Assembly (NCBI RefSeq): GCF_965657785.1
Contig: NZ_CBFHPP010000002.1
Coordinates: forward strand, 117,974 to 181,973
DNA from: Lentibacter sp.
GTDB lineage: Bacteria; Pseudomonadota; Alphaproteobacteria; Rhodobacterales; Rhodobacteraceae
Reading direction: 5' to 3'
Length of the DNA stretch: 64,000 bases
Part shown: positions 1-9,443 of the stretch, in pieces
Position numbering within the stretch: the stretch's first letter is position 1
Layout: each line of letters opens with the position of its first letter
Notes under the pieces: generated by a model
Told to the model about the DNA's origin: nothing
What the model saw: only the letters and a program-made list of their open reading frames with translations
Database searches by the model: none
Program-made: the position numbers and the translations under genes

Positions 1-1405
1 CGCGACCATGCCGCAGCCGAGCCGAGAGCGTATCGCGCACGGCGCCTGGCTCAAGTTTGTCTTTCCAAAGCTGGATGATATTGCCAAGCGAATAGCTTGT
101 GGCCTCTTCTGTATCGGGCAGGCCGATAAAGTTTTTGAACGCAGGGTTCCAGAACAGAATTGTTCCATCTATTTCAAAACAGATCAAAGCGTCTTGCGCG
201 GTCTCTAAGGCGATATTGCGCATATCAATTTGGTCTTTGAAGCGCTCTGTGACGGATATTTCGACGCTGACATCTTCAATCAGGATTGCAATCGCTCCGT
301 CAGGGTGAGGGCGGCCGTTGATCCTGTAGGTGAGGCCGTTGGGAAGACGCCATGTTTCCTGATAGCGCCCGTTCTCGGACTTGACCACGAGATCGGCAAT
401 TTGCCTGCGCCAAGACGAATAGTCTTTCGGCTCGGGCATGATCCTGTTGTCGCGCAGGCGATCAAAGAAGCTTTGCAAATTGGGCTGGGCAGACAGGAAG
501 TGAGCGGGAAGAGATGTCAGGTCAATTAGGGCGGGATTGAACAACACCAGCCGCCTGTCGCGATCAAAGATGGCGAGGCCTGTGGAAAGCTGGGCGAATG
601 TTTTGGCGAGGGTCTGGACAAACTTGCGCTGGGCCGTTTCGGCGGCGATCAGGCCGTCAACGTTTACGGCGCAATGCAGCAGGATATCTTCGGATATTTC
701 GACACTCGAGATATCATACCAATGCACTTCGCTTTGGGACGGACCAAGCGCAATAGAGGCTCTCTGGCTTTGCCCGCCGAGGGCACGAAGGCTGTTGAAC
801 TGAAAGACATTGAGAGCGTCTGCGTCACCGTCTTCGCTGTGTTGGTTTTTTTGTAGGGTGCGGAAGGCTTTGTTTGTCCAGAAAACCTCGCTATTTCTGG
901 TGGCCCACATGGGGTGCGCCAGCTTGTTGATGGCATCATCGCGCAACTCGACATTGGAGCGGTGGAGAAGCTCCCTGTGTTTGTCGACAGGGCTGAGGGG
1001 GGCTTCATCTGTTATTGTAATGAGAAGAGATGACCCTTCGGCCTCAATGTGCAAAATACCGCTGTCGTCTGGAAAACGGGAGGGGTAGCTCTCTTGAGCG
1101 CTGTCCTCTGTTGGCTTGGGGAGGGTTCTTGGCAGATCGGCGAAGCGAATTTTTAGAGCGTTGCGAACTTGAGTCCAATCCAGCGACCGTGGGGTCGGGG
1201 CGTCGACGATTTGAAGGGCGGTGCTGCTGGCCGAGACGCAGGCTGCGCCCGTAAAGCGCATCCAAGGGCTTTCTGCATAGCGTCTTGAGGAGACGGCTTT
1301 GGGCTTAACAAAGCGGTCTGTGAAATAAACGACGGCAAGGACGAGAGCGGCGGTGATCATTCCCGCGATCAAAATGACCAATATATCAAAAGCGTTTATG
1401 AACAT
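1..1405 (-). CDS. PAS-domain sensor protein, N-terminal part (probably a sensor histidine kinase). The gene runs off the left edge.
   Basis: The reverse frame is open from ATG 1405-1403 to position 1, and the track omits it because no stop lies inside the window. Hand translation starts MFINAFDILVILIAGMITAALVLAVVYF (a TM helix). PAS-like blocks follow (LAIFDRDRRLVLFNPA, GRYQETWRLPNGLTYRINGRPHPDGAIAILIEDVS). The output domain is not visible. Confidence 0.6.
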   Translation of the reverse strand, partial: MFINAFDILVILIAGMITAALVLAVVYFTDRFVKPKAVSSRRYAESPWMRFTGAACVSASSTALQIVDAPTPRSLDWTQVRNALKIRFADLPRTLPKPTEDSAQESYPSRFPDDSGILHIEAEGSSLLITITDEAPLSPVDKHRELLHRSNVELRDDAINKLAHPMWATRNSEVFWTNKAFRTLQKNQHSEDGDADALNVFQFNSLRALGGQSQRASIALGPSQSEVHWYDISSVEISEDILLHCAVNVDGLIAAETAQRKFVQTLAKTFAQLSTGLAIFDRDRRLVLFNPALIDLTSLPAHFLSAQPNLQSFFDRLRDNRIMPEPKDYSSWRRQIADLVVKSENGRYQETWRLPNGLTYRINGRPHPDGAIAILIEDVSVEISVTERFKDQIDMRNIALETAQDALICFEIDGTILFWNPAFKNFIGLPDTEEATSYSLGNIIQLWKDKLEPGAVRDTLSARLRHGR

Positions 1406-1447
1406 GACCTATTCCCTAAAATAATTACTACTTTGATATTAATTTAG

Positions 1448-1462
1448 TTAAATATTAGTTAA
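1448..1462. promoter_or_regulatory. CtrA-box-like TTAA-N7-TTAA (TTAAATATTAGTTAA) in the AT-rich islet upstream of the PAS sensor gene
   Basis: The sequence is read directly. It lies inside an 11-bp-phased direct repeat TAGTTAAA (1445-1452 and 1456-1463), 43-57 bp upstream of ATG 1405. Confidence 0.3.
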
Positions 1463-1466
1463 ACCA

Positions 1467-2879
1467 TTAAGTCTCTATTGGATGGTTAACCCCGAGGGGT
1501 GTTCTGCCGGCTGTTGTGTCGACGGCGATGGCTGTGGTTTTCCAGCGCACAATGATCAGTGCGCCTGAGCGTTGTGGCTCTTTTGCGCCTTTTCGCGAGC
1601 GATCAGGGCCATTGGCAAAGTTAAGCTCGGCACCGGAGCGCTCAAGCAGTGTTTTGGCGATAAAGAGGCCAAGGCCCATACCTTCATAAGCTGTCTTGCG
1701 GGCGCGCTCCTGACTGTTTGTCCGTCGGCGCATAAACGGGTCGCCGATACGGCCAATCATTCCTGGCGGAAAGCCGCGGCCATCGTCATGAATGCGAACT
1801 GTGATATGCTGTGCGCTCCAGATTGTTTCGACCCAGACATTGGCGCGCGAAAAATCAACAGCGTTTTGAACCAGATTGCGCAGGCCATGAATAATCTCGG
1901 GTTTGCGGTAAATCTCGGGCTGGAGCGTCCCGTCGGCGCTGTCTTCGAGGAAGTGAATGTCGCGGCCGCGGTCTGTATGCGGGCTTGCCGCGTCTTGCAC
2001 GACGGCTGTGACGGGGGCTTGGCGCATATAAATGTCGTCTTTGCCCGCGCGGCCCATTGAGCGCAGAATATCGCGGCAGCGGTCGGTCTGTTCTACGATC
2101 AGTTGTATATCCTCGCGCAGATCGCTGCCTTCGGGGAACTCGTCAAGAAGCTCTGAACTTGTGAGCTTGATTGTGGCGAGAGGTGTGCCGAGCTCGTGCG
2201 CGGCGGCCGCAACCACCCCGCCGAGATCTGTGAGCTTCTGCTCGCGGGAGAGGGCAAGCTGCGCCGCTTGGAAGGCTTCGGACATCGCATTGGCATCAAG
2301 GGCAATGCGGCGCACATAGACGCCGAGAAAAGTCACAGCAATGATCACGGCGGCCCATGTGCCGAAGATGAATATCTCGGGAATTCGTAATATATAGCCC
2401 TGATCGGTGCGCAGGGGGTAATAGAACTGGCTGAGGACGGAGGCTATCAGGACGGTGATCAGCCCCAAAGTGATTGTGCTTTTGGTGGACAGGACAGCAG
2501 CAGAGACTGCGACAGGCCCCACGATCAGAACTGAAAACGGATTGTTCAGGCCCCCCGCAAGGAAGAGCAGCGCGCCGAGCTGCAACAGGTCAAACAAGAC
2601 CATAAAGAAGTTTTCCCGCTCCGAGAGGCGGCGATTTTCGGGAAAGACAAACATGGCAATCAGGTTTGCCAGAACCGAGGCCCCTATCACGAGGTAGAAC
2701 AGGCCAACTTCAAGGCGCATATTGTAATAGCGTTCGGCCACAAAGAGCGCGGCAAGCTGGCCAAAAACCGCAGCCCATCTGAGCCAGATGATTGTGCGCA
2801 GGCGAATATAACTGCCGCGGCGCAAGCCTTCGGGCGGGGGGTATGCGGGAGAGCGTTGAGGCGTATTGTCCGATTGCAT
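1467..2879 (-). CDS. regB: Redox-responsive sensor histidine kinase RegB/PrrB
   Basis: The 470-aa ORF has a multi-TM N-terminus. It carries GGLNNPF (the RegB GGXXNPF quinone-site motif), the H-box AAAAHELGTPLATI and a conserved Cys in EQTDRCRDIL. It is divergent from senC-regA, as in Rhodobacter. Confidence 0.9.
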   Translation of the reverse strand: MQSDNTPQRSPAYPPPEGLRRGSYIRLRTIIWLRWAAVFGQLAALFVAERYYNMRLEVGLFYLVIGASVLANLIAMFVFPENRRLSERENFFMVLFDLLQLGALLFLAGGLNNPFSVLIVGPVAVSAAVLSTKSTITLGLITVLIASVLSQFYYPLRTDQGYILRIPEIFIFGTWAAVIIAVTFLGVYVRRIALDANAMSEAFQAAQLALSREQKLTDLGGVVAAAAHELGTPLATIKLTSSELLDEFPEGSDLREDIQLIVEQTDRCRDILRSMGRAGKDDIYMRQAPVTAVVQDAASPHTDRGRDIHFLEDSADGTLQPEIYRKPEIIHGLRNLVQNAVDFSRANVWVETIWSAQHITVRIHDDGRGFPPGMIGRIGDPFMRRRTNSQERARKTAYEGMGLGLFIAKTLLERSGAELNFANGPDRSRKGAKEPQRSGALIIVRWKTTAIAVDTTAGRTPLGVNHPIET

Positions 2880-2950
2880 TTTGCGATTGGGAGCCTAAAT
2901 GACGAAAGAATATGCAATCATGCAAAGTATGAACCGAAAAAGGAAGCGTA

Positions 2951-3580
2951 ATGTCACGGAATTTGGCGATTGGAGCGGCGGCAGCGGCCGGAGCTCTCCT
3001 GCTTGGAACCTTTGGATACACATATTTTGCTGGCGGTTCGGGCGATAAATTTGCCGAATGCCGCATTGGCGCTGTTGCGGGCGGCACATCTGCGATTGGT
3101 GGGCCGTTCGAGCTTGTGGACGAGACAGGCAAGACTGTGACGGATAAAGACGTGATCACGAAGCCGACGCTGCTTTACTTTGGCTATACGTTCTGCCCCG
3201 ATGTCTGCCCGCTTGATACCTCGCGCAACGGCGAGGCGGCTGTGCTTCTGGAAGAGCGTGGATATGATGTGGGCACGGCGTTTATCTCTATCGATCCTGA
3301 GCGCGACACGCCTGAGACACTGGCCGAGTTTACCGATGTGATGCACCCCGAGATGCTTGGACTTACTGGCACGGAAGAGCAGGTAAAGGCGGCGAGCATG
3401 GCGTATCGCACCTATTTCAAGAAGCAAGATCCGGAAGAAGGCGACGAGTTTTATCTCGTGGATCATTCGACCTTTACCTATCTTGTGACTCCAGAGCAGG
3501 GCTTTATCGACTTTTTCAAGCGCGATGAAAGTCCTGAGCAGATGGCAGATCGGGTTCAGTGCTTTGTCGATAAGCTGTAA
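2951..3580 (+). CDS. senC: SCO1/SenC (PrrC) copper chaperone / thiol-disulfide protein
   Basis: The 209-aa ORF has an N-terminal membrane anchor and the CxxxC motif FGYTFCPDVCPLD. It sits between regB and regA. An AGGAAG RBS precedes the ATG. Confidence 0.9.
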   Translation: MSRNLAIGAAAAAGALLLGTFGYTYFAGGSGDKFAECRIGAVAGGTSAIGGPFELVDETGKTVTDKDVITKPTLLYFGYTFCPDVCPLDTSRNGEAAVLLEERGYDVGTAFISIDPERDTPETLAEFTDVMHPEMLGLTGTEEQVKAASMAYRTYFKKQDPEEGDEFYLVDHSTFTYLVTPEQGFIDFFKRDESPEQMADRVQCFVDKL

Positions 3581-3658
3581 AATGACGGTAGGTTTGTTTG
3601 ACGGGGCGCAAGGGGCAAGCTAAGACTTGTTTCAGCACAATTGGGGGAGTGTTGTCAC

Positions 3659-4210
3659 GTGTCGGAAGAGCCTCTGGATATCGGGGAAGACAAATCCCTT
3701 TTGCTTGTCGATGATGACGAGCCGTTTTTGCGCCGTTTGGCCAAGGCCATGGAAAAGCGTGGGTTTGACGTCGAGACTGCCGGGTCTGTTGTGGCTGGGA
3801 AAGCGATTGCGACAGCGCGCCCGCCTGCTTATGCGGTCTGTGATTTGCGGCTGGAGGACGGCAACGGCCTCGATGTTGTGGAAGTGATCCGCGAGAAGCG
3901 CCCTGACAGCCGCGTTGTTGTTCTCACAGGCTATGGCGCGATTGCTACGGCTGTGGCGGCTGTCAAGATCGGCGCGACTGATTATCTGAGCAAGCCTGCC
4001 GATGCGCGCGATATCACCAATGCGCTTTTGGCCAATGGCGGGGAGCTGCCTCCGCCGCCCGAAAACCCGATGTCTGCGGACCGTGTGCGCTGGGAGCATA
4101 TCCAGCGGGTGTATGAGTTGTGTGACCGTAATGTGAGCGAAACTGCGCGACGGCTGAATATGCACCGCCGCACGCTTCAACGCATTTTGGCCAAGCGCAG
4201 CCCCAAATAA
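3659..4210 (+). CDS. regA: Response regulator RegA/PrrA
   Basis: The receiver begins LLLVDDDEPFLRRLAKAMEKRGF, and the invariant RegA HTH NVSETARRLNMHRRTLQRILAKRSPK is present. I prefer GTG 3659 (SD GGGGGAG upstream, giving 183 aa like PrrA) over the track start TTG 3641. Confidence 0.9.
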   Translation: MSEEPLDIGEDKSLLLVDDDEPFLRRLAKAMEKRGFDVETAGSVVAGKAIATARPPAYAVCDLRLEDGNGLDVVEVIREKRPDSRVVVLTGYGAIATAVAAVKIGATDYLSKPADARDITNALLANGGELPPPPENPMSADRVRWEHIQRVYELCDRNVSETARRLNMHRRTLQRILAKRSPK

Positions 4211-5269
4211 GTGAGCGCCGAGGCGACAGACCCCCCAAGCCCCAAGGGCGGGTGGTCTCAGTCTGTTCGAGACTATGAGGGCGCGCGTGTTTTGCCGCCC
4301 TGCGCGCGTGACGGGCGCATTCTGTATACGGGTGTTTTTGACAGGCAGGGCGCGCTCTTGCCTATGGCTGCGACATGGCGGCGCGACGAGCTGATCACCT
4401 ATGCACCTGACTTTCCCGAGCAGGCCGAGGCACAGCTTGCCGGCAAGTGGCTTTGGGGCGGGGTGCTTTACCACCATTTTGGACATTTTCAGATGCAGAG
4501 CATTGCGCGGCTCTGGGCGATACGCAGATATCAAGGCGCGCTTGAAGGGATCGTTTTTGTTGCGCGGGGGCAGGCAGAGCTTATGCCTTTTGCGCGGGAG
4601 TACCTGCGCCTTTTGATCGGGGATGTGCCTGTGCGTGTGGTGAGCGAGGTGACAGATATCGAGGCACTTGTGGTGCCGGGGCAGGGCTTTGGCCTTGGTA
4701 AAATCGCCTCGGGCACGCGGGTGTTCCGCCGTTTTATATCGGCCGAATTTGCTCGCGATGTTGCGCCTGAAGGGCCGCAAGATTTGTTTATTTCGCGCTC
4801 GCTTCAGCCCTTGGACAAGGGCGGCTTTGTGGGCGAAGAGCTTCTGGACGCGCGGATGGAAGAGGCGGGATATACCGTCTTCTGGCCTGAGCAGCACGGG
4901 CTGGAAGAGCAGATTGCCCACTACAAGGCGGCGCGGCGGGTTGTGGCGCTGGACGGGTCGGCGCTTCATTTGTTTGCAATGGTGGCGCGCAGCGAGCAGA
5001 AGGCGGCTGTCATTTTGCGGCGCGAGCGAGTGGCGAGCCGTTCACTGAGGCGGCATATGACTGCGTTTATGGGGGCCAAGCCGCTGACCATCAATGCGCT
5101 CTCAAAGGGGGCAGAAATCAGCCTTGGCAAGAAGCGTGCGATCAGCGAGCTTGATTTTGAAATGATCGGGCGGCTCTTGAAACGGCACGGCTTTATCAAG
5201 CGCAGCGTTGAATGGGGGCCTCTCACTCAGGCTGAACTTGACCTCATCAGTGCAGGAGAAAGCGCATAA
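4211..5269 (+). CDS. Glycosyltransferase family 61 / DUF563-like protein
   Basis: The 352-aa ORF has a YHHFGHFQMQSIARLW block and a C-terminal GYTVFWPEQHGLEEQIAHYKAARRVVALDGSALH block, both typical of DUF563/GT61. The GTG start directly abuts the regA stop, but the start is uncertain. Confidence 0.55.
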   Translation: MSAEATDPPSPKGGWSQSVRDYEGARVLPPCARDGRILYTGVFDRQGALLPMAATWRRDELITYAPDFPEQAEAQLAGKWLWGGVLYHHFGHFQMQSIARLWAIRRYQGALEGIVFVARGQAELMPFAREYLRLLIGDVPVRVVSEVTDIEALVVPGQGFGLGKIASGTRVFRRFISAEFARDVAPEGPQDLFISRSLQPLDKGGFVGEELLDARMEEAGYTVFWPEQHGLEEQIAHYKAARRVVALDGSALHLFAMVARSEQKAAVILRRERVASRSLRRHMTAFMGAKPLTINALSKGAEISLGKKRAISELDFEMIGRLLKRHGFIKRSVEWGPLTQAELDLISAGESA

Positions 5270-5699
5270 AGACCCGTTCTGTTGTGTGCTTATAAGGCTC
5301 GAACCCGCGCGATTGATAGTAGGCTTGGCCGCCTGTGTTATGGGTCAGGATGGATGCGTTAATCCACTGATAGCCAAGGGCGTGCGCCTGTTTTTCTGTA
5401 GCTTTGAAGAGGGCAGAACCTATGCCGAGCTGGGCCTTGCCAGAGCGTGTGAACGTCGCGATGTCGCAGGCCGTTGGCGGCAGGGTGTCGCGCGGGCCAA
5501 TGGCTTGGAAGCCGAGGGCTTGGCCGCGCGCATCTTCGGCCATCAAAAAGGCATATTGGGCAGGGTTAGAGACGATCCATGTGATCATGTCGGCTTTGTT
5601 GAGCGGTTTGAGCGCCGTCGTCCCGCCCAAGGCGATAATCTCGTTTAGAAGCTCGCAGAGCGGGCGTGCATCCGCGGCGTTTGCCGGACGAATGTGCAT
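5247..5699 (-). CDS. GNAT family N-acetyltransferase
   Basis: The 150-aa ORF has an acetyl-CoA pocket-like segment (GKAQLGIGSALFKATEKQAHALGY). Its ATG overlaps the stop of the upstream HD gene (ATGA). Confidence 0.7.
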   Translation of the reverse strand: MHIRPANAADARPLCELLNEIIALGGTTALKPLNKADMITWIVSNPAQYAFLMAEDARGQALGFQAIGPRDTLPPTACDIATFTRSGKAQLGIGSALFKATEKQAHALGYQWINASILTHNTGGQAYYQSRGFEPYKHTTERVFMRFLLH

Positions 5700-6307
5700 C
5701 AGTCGATCTCGGCGAGAAGCGCTTTATGGCGCGCTGTGAAATCTTTACGGACCTCGACGGGCGGGCGCAGAGAAATGCTGAGACTTTCAAGGAGGGCGGG
5801 ATCAGGCTTGCCAAAGAGTTTATCGGACTCATCCACTGAAAACCCTGCGATCTGTGTGGCTTCGAGCCAAGCCGAAATCCGATCGGCCTTTTTGATTTGC
5901 TTTTTGATCAGGGGGGGCGTTTTGGCGGGCAGGCCAAAACGGATATGGATGGCGGCTGTGAGGCGCTCATCAAGCTCTTCATAGCCGGGGCCAACTGCGT
6001 TTTTTACAGGCGAGATCATGTCGCCGATCACGTATTCGGGGGCGTCATGCAAGAGCGCTGCGAGCCGCCACTTTGGGTCAGCAGAGGGGACGATCCGCCC
6101 AAAAAGCGCCTCGACTAGCAAGGAATGCTCGGCGACAGAATAGGCAAAGTCGCCCTGTGTTTGACCATTCCAACGCGCTACAAAGGCGAGGCCATGAGCG
6201 ATATCTTCGATTTCGATGTCCATAGGGGTTGGATCAAGCAGATCAAGCCTGCGACCAGAGAGCATACGCTGCCACGCGCGGGCTTGTTTTGGTGTTGATT
6301 TCGCCAT
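5699..6307 (-). CDS. HD-domain phosphohydrolase (YfbR-like)
   Basis: The H...HD motif is present (SVAEHSLLV, ALLHDAPEYVIGDMISPVK). I prefer ATG 6307 (MAKSTPKQ, with SD GAGGG upstream) over the track start 6349. Confidence 0.7.
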   Translation of the reverse strand: MAKSTPKQARAWQRMLSGRRLDLLDPTPMDIEIEDIAHGLAFVARWNGQTQGDFAYSVAEHSLLVEALFGRIVPSADPKWRLAALLHDAPEYVIGDMISPVKNAVGPGYEELDERLTAAIHIRFGLPAKTPPLIKKQIKKADRISAWLEATQIAGFSVDESDKLFGKPDPALLESLSISLRPPVEVRKDFTARHKALLAEID

Positions 6308-6441
6308 TATTCGGCCCTCTTGACTGACTGCGCCCTTTTCTTGCCACATTTAATTCGTATTGTAAGGATGTGGTTGGGAAAAACTGACCCAAAGGGCCAA
6401 TCAATAGGCCCGTTTTTGAGAGTAGCATCGAGGAGCTTGAT

Positions 6442-6765
6442 ATGATCGAGCGAATTTACACACGGCGTATGTTTGCGCTTTTTCTGGGCTGTGCAGCCAT
6501 CCTGACATCTCTTCCCGCTTATGCAGCCGAGAGCTGCACCCTTCGCGAGGTTATGGTCGAGCGTTTGCAGGCGGATTTTCATGAAAATCTTGCGGGCGGC
6601 GGTCTTCATGGAGACGCGGCTGTTGTCGAAGTCTGGACCTCTGCCGAGACGGGCACATTTACCGTGATCAGCACAGACACAGCAGGGCAATCTTGTATTT
6701 TGGCAACAGGCACAGACTGGCAGGGGCCGTCTGCGCTCACAAAAGTGTCAGGCCAGTCAAGCTGA
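6442..6765 (+). CDS. Hypothetical secreted protein
   Basis: The 107-aa ORF has a signal peptide (MFALFLGCAAILTSLPAYA) and two Cys in the mature part. I recognise no family. Confidence 0.5.
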   Translation: MIERIYTRRMFALFLGCAAILTSLPAYAAESCTLREVMVERLQADFHENLAGGGLHGDAAVVEVWTSAETGTFTVISTDTAGQSCILATGTDWQGPSALTKVSGQSS

Positions 6766-6838
6766 GGTCTGCGCAAGATTGCGCCGATTTGGATAAAGTG
6801 ATACCGCCAAGGCAAATTGGCTTAACACAGGTATCCCC

Positions 6839-8227
6839 ATGTCCAACGACTATATTGTAAAAGACATCGCGCTTGCGGACTTCGGCCGCAAGGAGCTCAA
6901 CATTGCTGAAACAGAAATGCCGGGGCTTATGGCCTGTCGTCAGGAGTTTGGCGAAACGAAGCCACTTAAAGGCGCGCGCATTGTCGGCTCACTTCACATG
7001 ACAATCCAGACCGCTGTTTTGATTGAAACGCTGGTCGAGCTTGGCGCGGATGTGCGCTGGGCGTCTTGTAACATTTTCTCCACACAAGACCACGCTGCGG
7101 CCGCGATTGCCGAGGCGGGTGTGCCTGTGTTTGCGATCAAGGGCCAGTCGCTTGAAGAGCATTGGGACTATCTGGACAAATCCTTCATGTTCCCTGAGGG
7201 CGCGAACATGATCCTTGATGATGGCGGCGACGCGACACTTTATGTGCTGCTTGGCGCGCGTATGGAAGCGGGCGAAGATGTGCTGGCTGTGCCGACATCA
7301 GAAGAAGAAGAAGTGATCAAGGCGCAAATCAAGAAGCGCATGGCCGAAACACCCGGCTGGTTTGCCAAGACGCGTGACGCGATTTTGGGCGTTTCGGAAG
7401 AGACAACAACGGGCGTTCACCGCCTGTATGATCTGCACAAGAAGGGCCAGCTGCCTTTCCCTGCGATCAATGTGAACGATTCTGTGACCAAGTCGAAGTT
7501 TGACAACAAATACGGCTGTAAAGAGAGCCTTGTCGACGGTATTCGCCGCGCGACCGATACCATGATGGCGGGTAAAGTTGCTGTTGTTATGGGCTATGGC
7601 GACGTTGGCAAAGGCTCTGCGGCGAGCCTCAGCGGCGCTGGTGCGCGTGTGATTGTGACAGAAGTTGATCCGATCTGTGCGCTTCAGGCGGCTATGGACG
7701 GCTATCAGGTGACGACATTGGAAGATGTTGTGGCGACTGCTGATATCTTTGTGACCACAACAGGCAACAAAGACGTGATCCGCATCGAGCATATGCGCGA
7801 AATGAAGGACATGGCGATTGTCGGGAACATCGGCCACTTTGATAACGAGATCCAAGTTGCCAGCCTGAAAAACCACAAGTGGACCAATATCAAAGAGCAG
7901 GTCGATATGATCGAGATGCCGAATGGCAACCGCTTGATCCTCTTGTCTGAGGGCCGTTTGCTCAACCTTGGCAATGCGACGGGCCATCCTTCATTTGTGA
8001 TGTCTGCCTCGTTTACCAATCAGGTTCTCGCGCAGATCGAGCTTTACAAGAATGGCGACGACTACCAGCCTGGTGTCTACATTCTGCCCAAGCATCTGGA
8101 CGAAAAGGTTGCGCGTCTGCACCTTGATCGTATCGGCGTGAAGCTCTCAAAGCTTGATAAAGAACAGGCAGATTATATTGGCGTGAGCACAGAGGGGCCG
8201 TTCAAGCCCGAGCACTACCGCTACTAA
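6839..8227 (+). CDS. ahcY: Adenosylhomocysteinase
   Basis: The 462-aa ORF begins [32 protein letters not shown]. It has the NAD site [12 protein letters not shown] and a typical C-terminal PEHYRY. Confidence 0.97.
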   Translation: MSNDYIVKDIALADFGRKELNIAETEMPGLMACRQEFGETKPLKGARIVGSLHMTIQTAVLIETLVELGADVRWASCNIFSTQDHAAAAIAEAGVPVFAIKGQSLEEHWDYLDKSFMFPEGANMILDDGGDATLYVLLGARMEAGEDVLAVPTSEEEEVIKAQIKKRMAETPGWFAKTRDAILGVSEETTTGVHRLYDLHKKGQLPFPAINVNDSVTKSKFDNKYGCKESLVDGIRRATDTMMAGKVAVVMGYGDVGKGSAASLSGAGARVIVTEVDPICALQAAMDGYQVTTLEDVVATADIFVTTTGNKDVIRIEHMREMKDMAIVGNIGHFDNEIQVASLKNHKWTNIKEQVDMIEMPNGNRLILLSEGRLLNLGNATGHPSFVMSASFTNQVLAQIELYKNGDDYQPGVYILPKHLDEKVARLHLDRIGVKLSKLDKEQADYIGVSTEGPFKPEHYRY

Positions 8228-8250
8228 ATGACCGTTTCAAAATAGAGAAA

Positions 8251-8286
8251 AGCCCTGCGCAGTCTTGAGCCGCGTGGGGCTTTTTA
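8251..8286 (+). terminator. Rho-independent terminator after ahcY
   Basis: AGCCCTGCG...CGCGTGGGGCT forms a stem (with two G-U pairs), followed by TTTTTAT. Confidence 0.6.
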
Positions 8287-8458
8287 TGTTTGGCAGCTTA
8301 GTGTCTGGAGGGAGGGTTTGCGCCAAGTTTCTTTGGGCGACGGTGCGTTGTTCAGGAGTGTTGCCAGATTTTACTTTTTTATACGTCTGAGCCGCGCTAG
8401 GCTTAGGGCAGCGCCCTGACCCGGGCCCAATGTAGTAAGTTAAAGGTGGGAGATTACG

Positions 8459-8800
8459 ATGGGTAAGAGAGACGATCTGATTGCGAAATATGCGGATGAT
8501 CTCAAAAACAAATGCGGCATGACACCAGATATGGACCTTTTGACAAAGGTGACAATCGGCTGTGGCCCCGCGATTTATAATGCGGATGCGTCGACAGTGG
8601 CTGGCTCGCAAGCGAGCGAGCTTGAAACTGTCAAAGAGAATTTCCTAATGAAAAAGCTTGGGTTGGCGGATGGCCCCAAGCTGATGGAAGCGATCGACTC
8701 TGTGCTTGAAACATATGGAAAATCCGAGCGAAACAAGTATCGCGCTGTGGTTTATTATATGTTGACCAAGCATTTTGGCAAAGAGTCTGTTTATAAGTAA
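8459..8800 (+). CDS. DUF2853 family protein
   Basis: The 113-aa ORF begins MGKRDDLIAKYADDLKNKCG. Its size and sequence are typical of the small conserved alphaproteobacterial protein often found near ahcY. A strong RBS (GGTGGGAG) precedes it. Confidence 0.6.
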   Translation: MGKRDDLIAKYADDLKNKCGMTPDMDLLTKVTIGCGPAIYNADASTVAGSQASELETVKENFLMKKLGLADGPKLMEAIDSVLETYGKSERNKYRAVVYYMLTKHFGKESVYK

Positions 8801-8820
8801 ACGAACCATTCAAAGACGAT

Positions 8821-8852
8821 AACGCCTGCCATTCTGGTGGGCGTTTTCTATT
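8821..8852 (+). terminator. Rho-independent terminator after the DUF2853 gene
   Basis: AACGCCTGCC-ATTCT-GGTGGGCGTT forms a stem-loop, followed by TTCTATTT. Confidence 0.5.
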
Positions 8853-9023
8853 TGAGTTGTGTTTTAGGCAGTTGGTGTTTGGGTCTGTGCCTGATTTGCG
8901 CTAGGTTTAAGTTGTTCGAGTCAGTATGGCCGAACCCAGATTGATATTCGCGTGTGGTGGTTCGGGAGCACGTGGGGAGAAAGAGGGTTCAGCCAGATTT
9001 TTTGGGCGAACCCTCTTTTTATT

Positions 9024-9443
9024 TCAAGCTTCGGTTGCGCCCATGGCGCAGATGATCTGCCATTGCTCTTCTGTCACAGGCTGAACCGATAGGCGCGGGC
9101 TTTTGACAAGCGGCATCTCGGCAAGGCGGGGATTTTCTTTGATCATTGCGAGCGAAACGGGCTGCGCGAAGGGGCGCAGCGCTTTGATATCGACGCATTC
9201 CCAGCGAGGGTCCTCAGTGCTGCTGTCGGGGTGGGCCTCTTTGATCACCTCGACGATCCCGACAACCGCCTTGTCAGACTGGGAATGGTAGAAGAAGCCA
9301 CGGTCGCCCAGGCGCATCTCGCGCATGAAATTGCGCGCTTGGTAGTTGCGCACCCCGTCCCATTCCTCGCCTGCGGCGCCTTTGGCCACTTGGGCGGGCC
9401 AGCCCCATGTGTCGGGCTCTGATTTGAAGAGCCAGTAGCGCAT
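9024..9443 (-). CDS. EVE domain protein
   Basis: MRYWLFKSEPDTWGW...GVRNYQARNFMREMRLGDRGFFYHS is characteristic of EVE/PUA-like domains. I prefer ATG 9443, which overlaps the YciI stop (ATGA), over the track start 9464. Confidence 0.8.
   Translation of the reverse strand: MRYWLFKSEPDTWGWPAQVAKGAAGEEWDGVRNYQARNFMREMRLGDRGFFYHSQSDKAVVGIVEVIKEAHPDSSTEDPRWECVDIKALRPFAQPVSLAMIKENPRLAEMPLVKSPRLSVQPVTEEQWQIICAMGATEA

Noticed and set aside
3632-4969. A 445-aa ORF on the minus strand spanning regA and the GT61-like gene
   Set aside because: It is antisense to two genes with clear family motifs. The translation is Arg/Pro/Ala/His-rich low-complexity sequence (RHNPPRRLVV..., HHTHRHIPDQ) with no recognisable domain. 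This is a typical high-GC antisense artefact.
6766-6838. A possible SAH riboswitch in the ahcY leader
   Set aside because: SAH riboswitches commonly precede ahcY. This 73-nt leader contains only a simple palindrome (GCGCAA-GA-TTGCGC) and a short GCCAA...TTGGC stem. I cannot find the conserved SAH-riboswitch pseudoknot core, and the leader is too short.
8914-8922. GTTCGAGTC, resembling a tRNA T-loop, in the 223-bp spacer after the DUF2853 gene
   Set aside because: The flanking bases cannot form a T-stem (AAGTT versus CAGTA). No acceptor, D or anticodon arms can be drawn, so this is not a tRNA or an obvious tRNA fragment.
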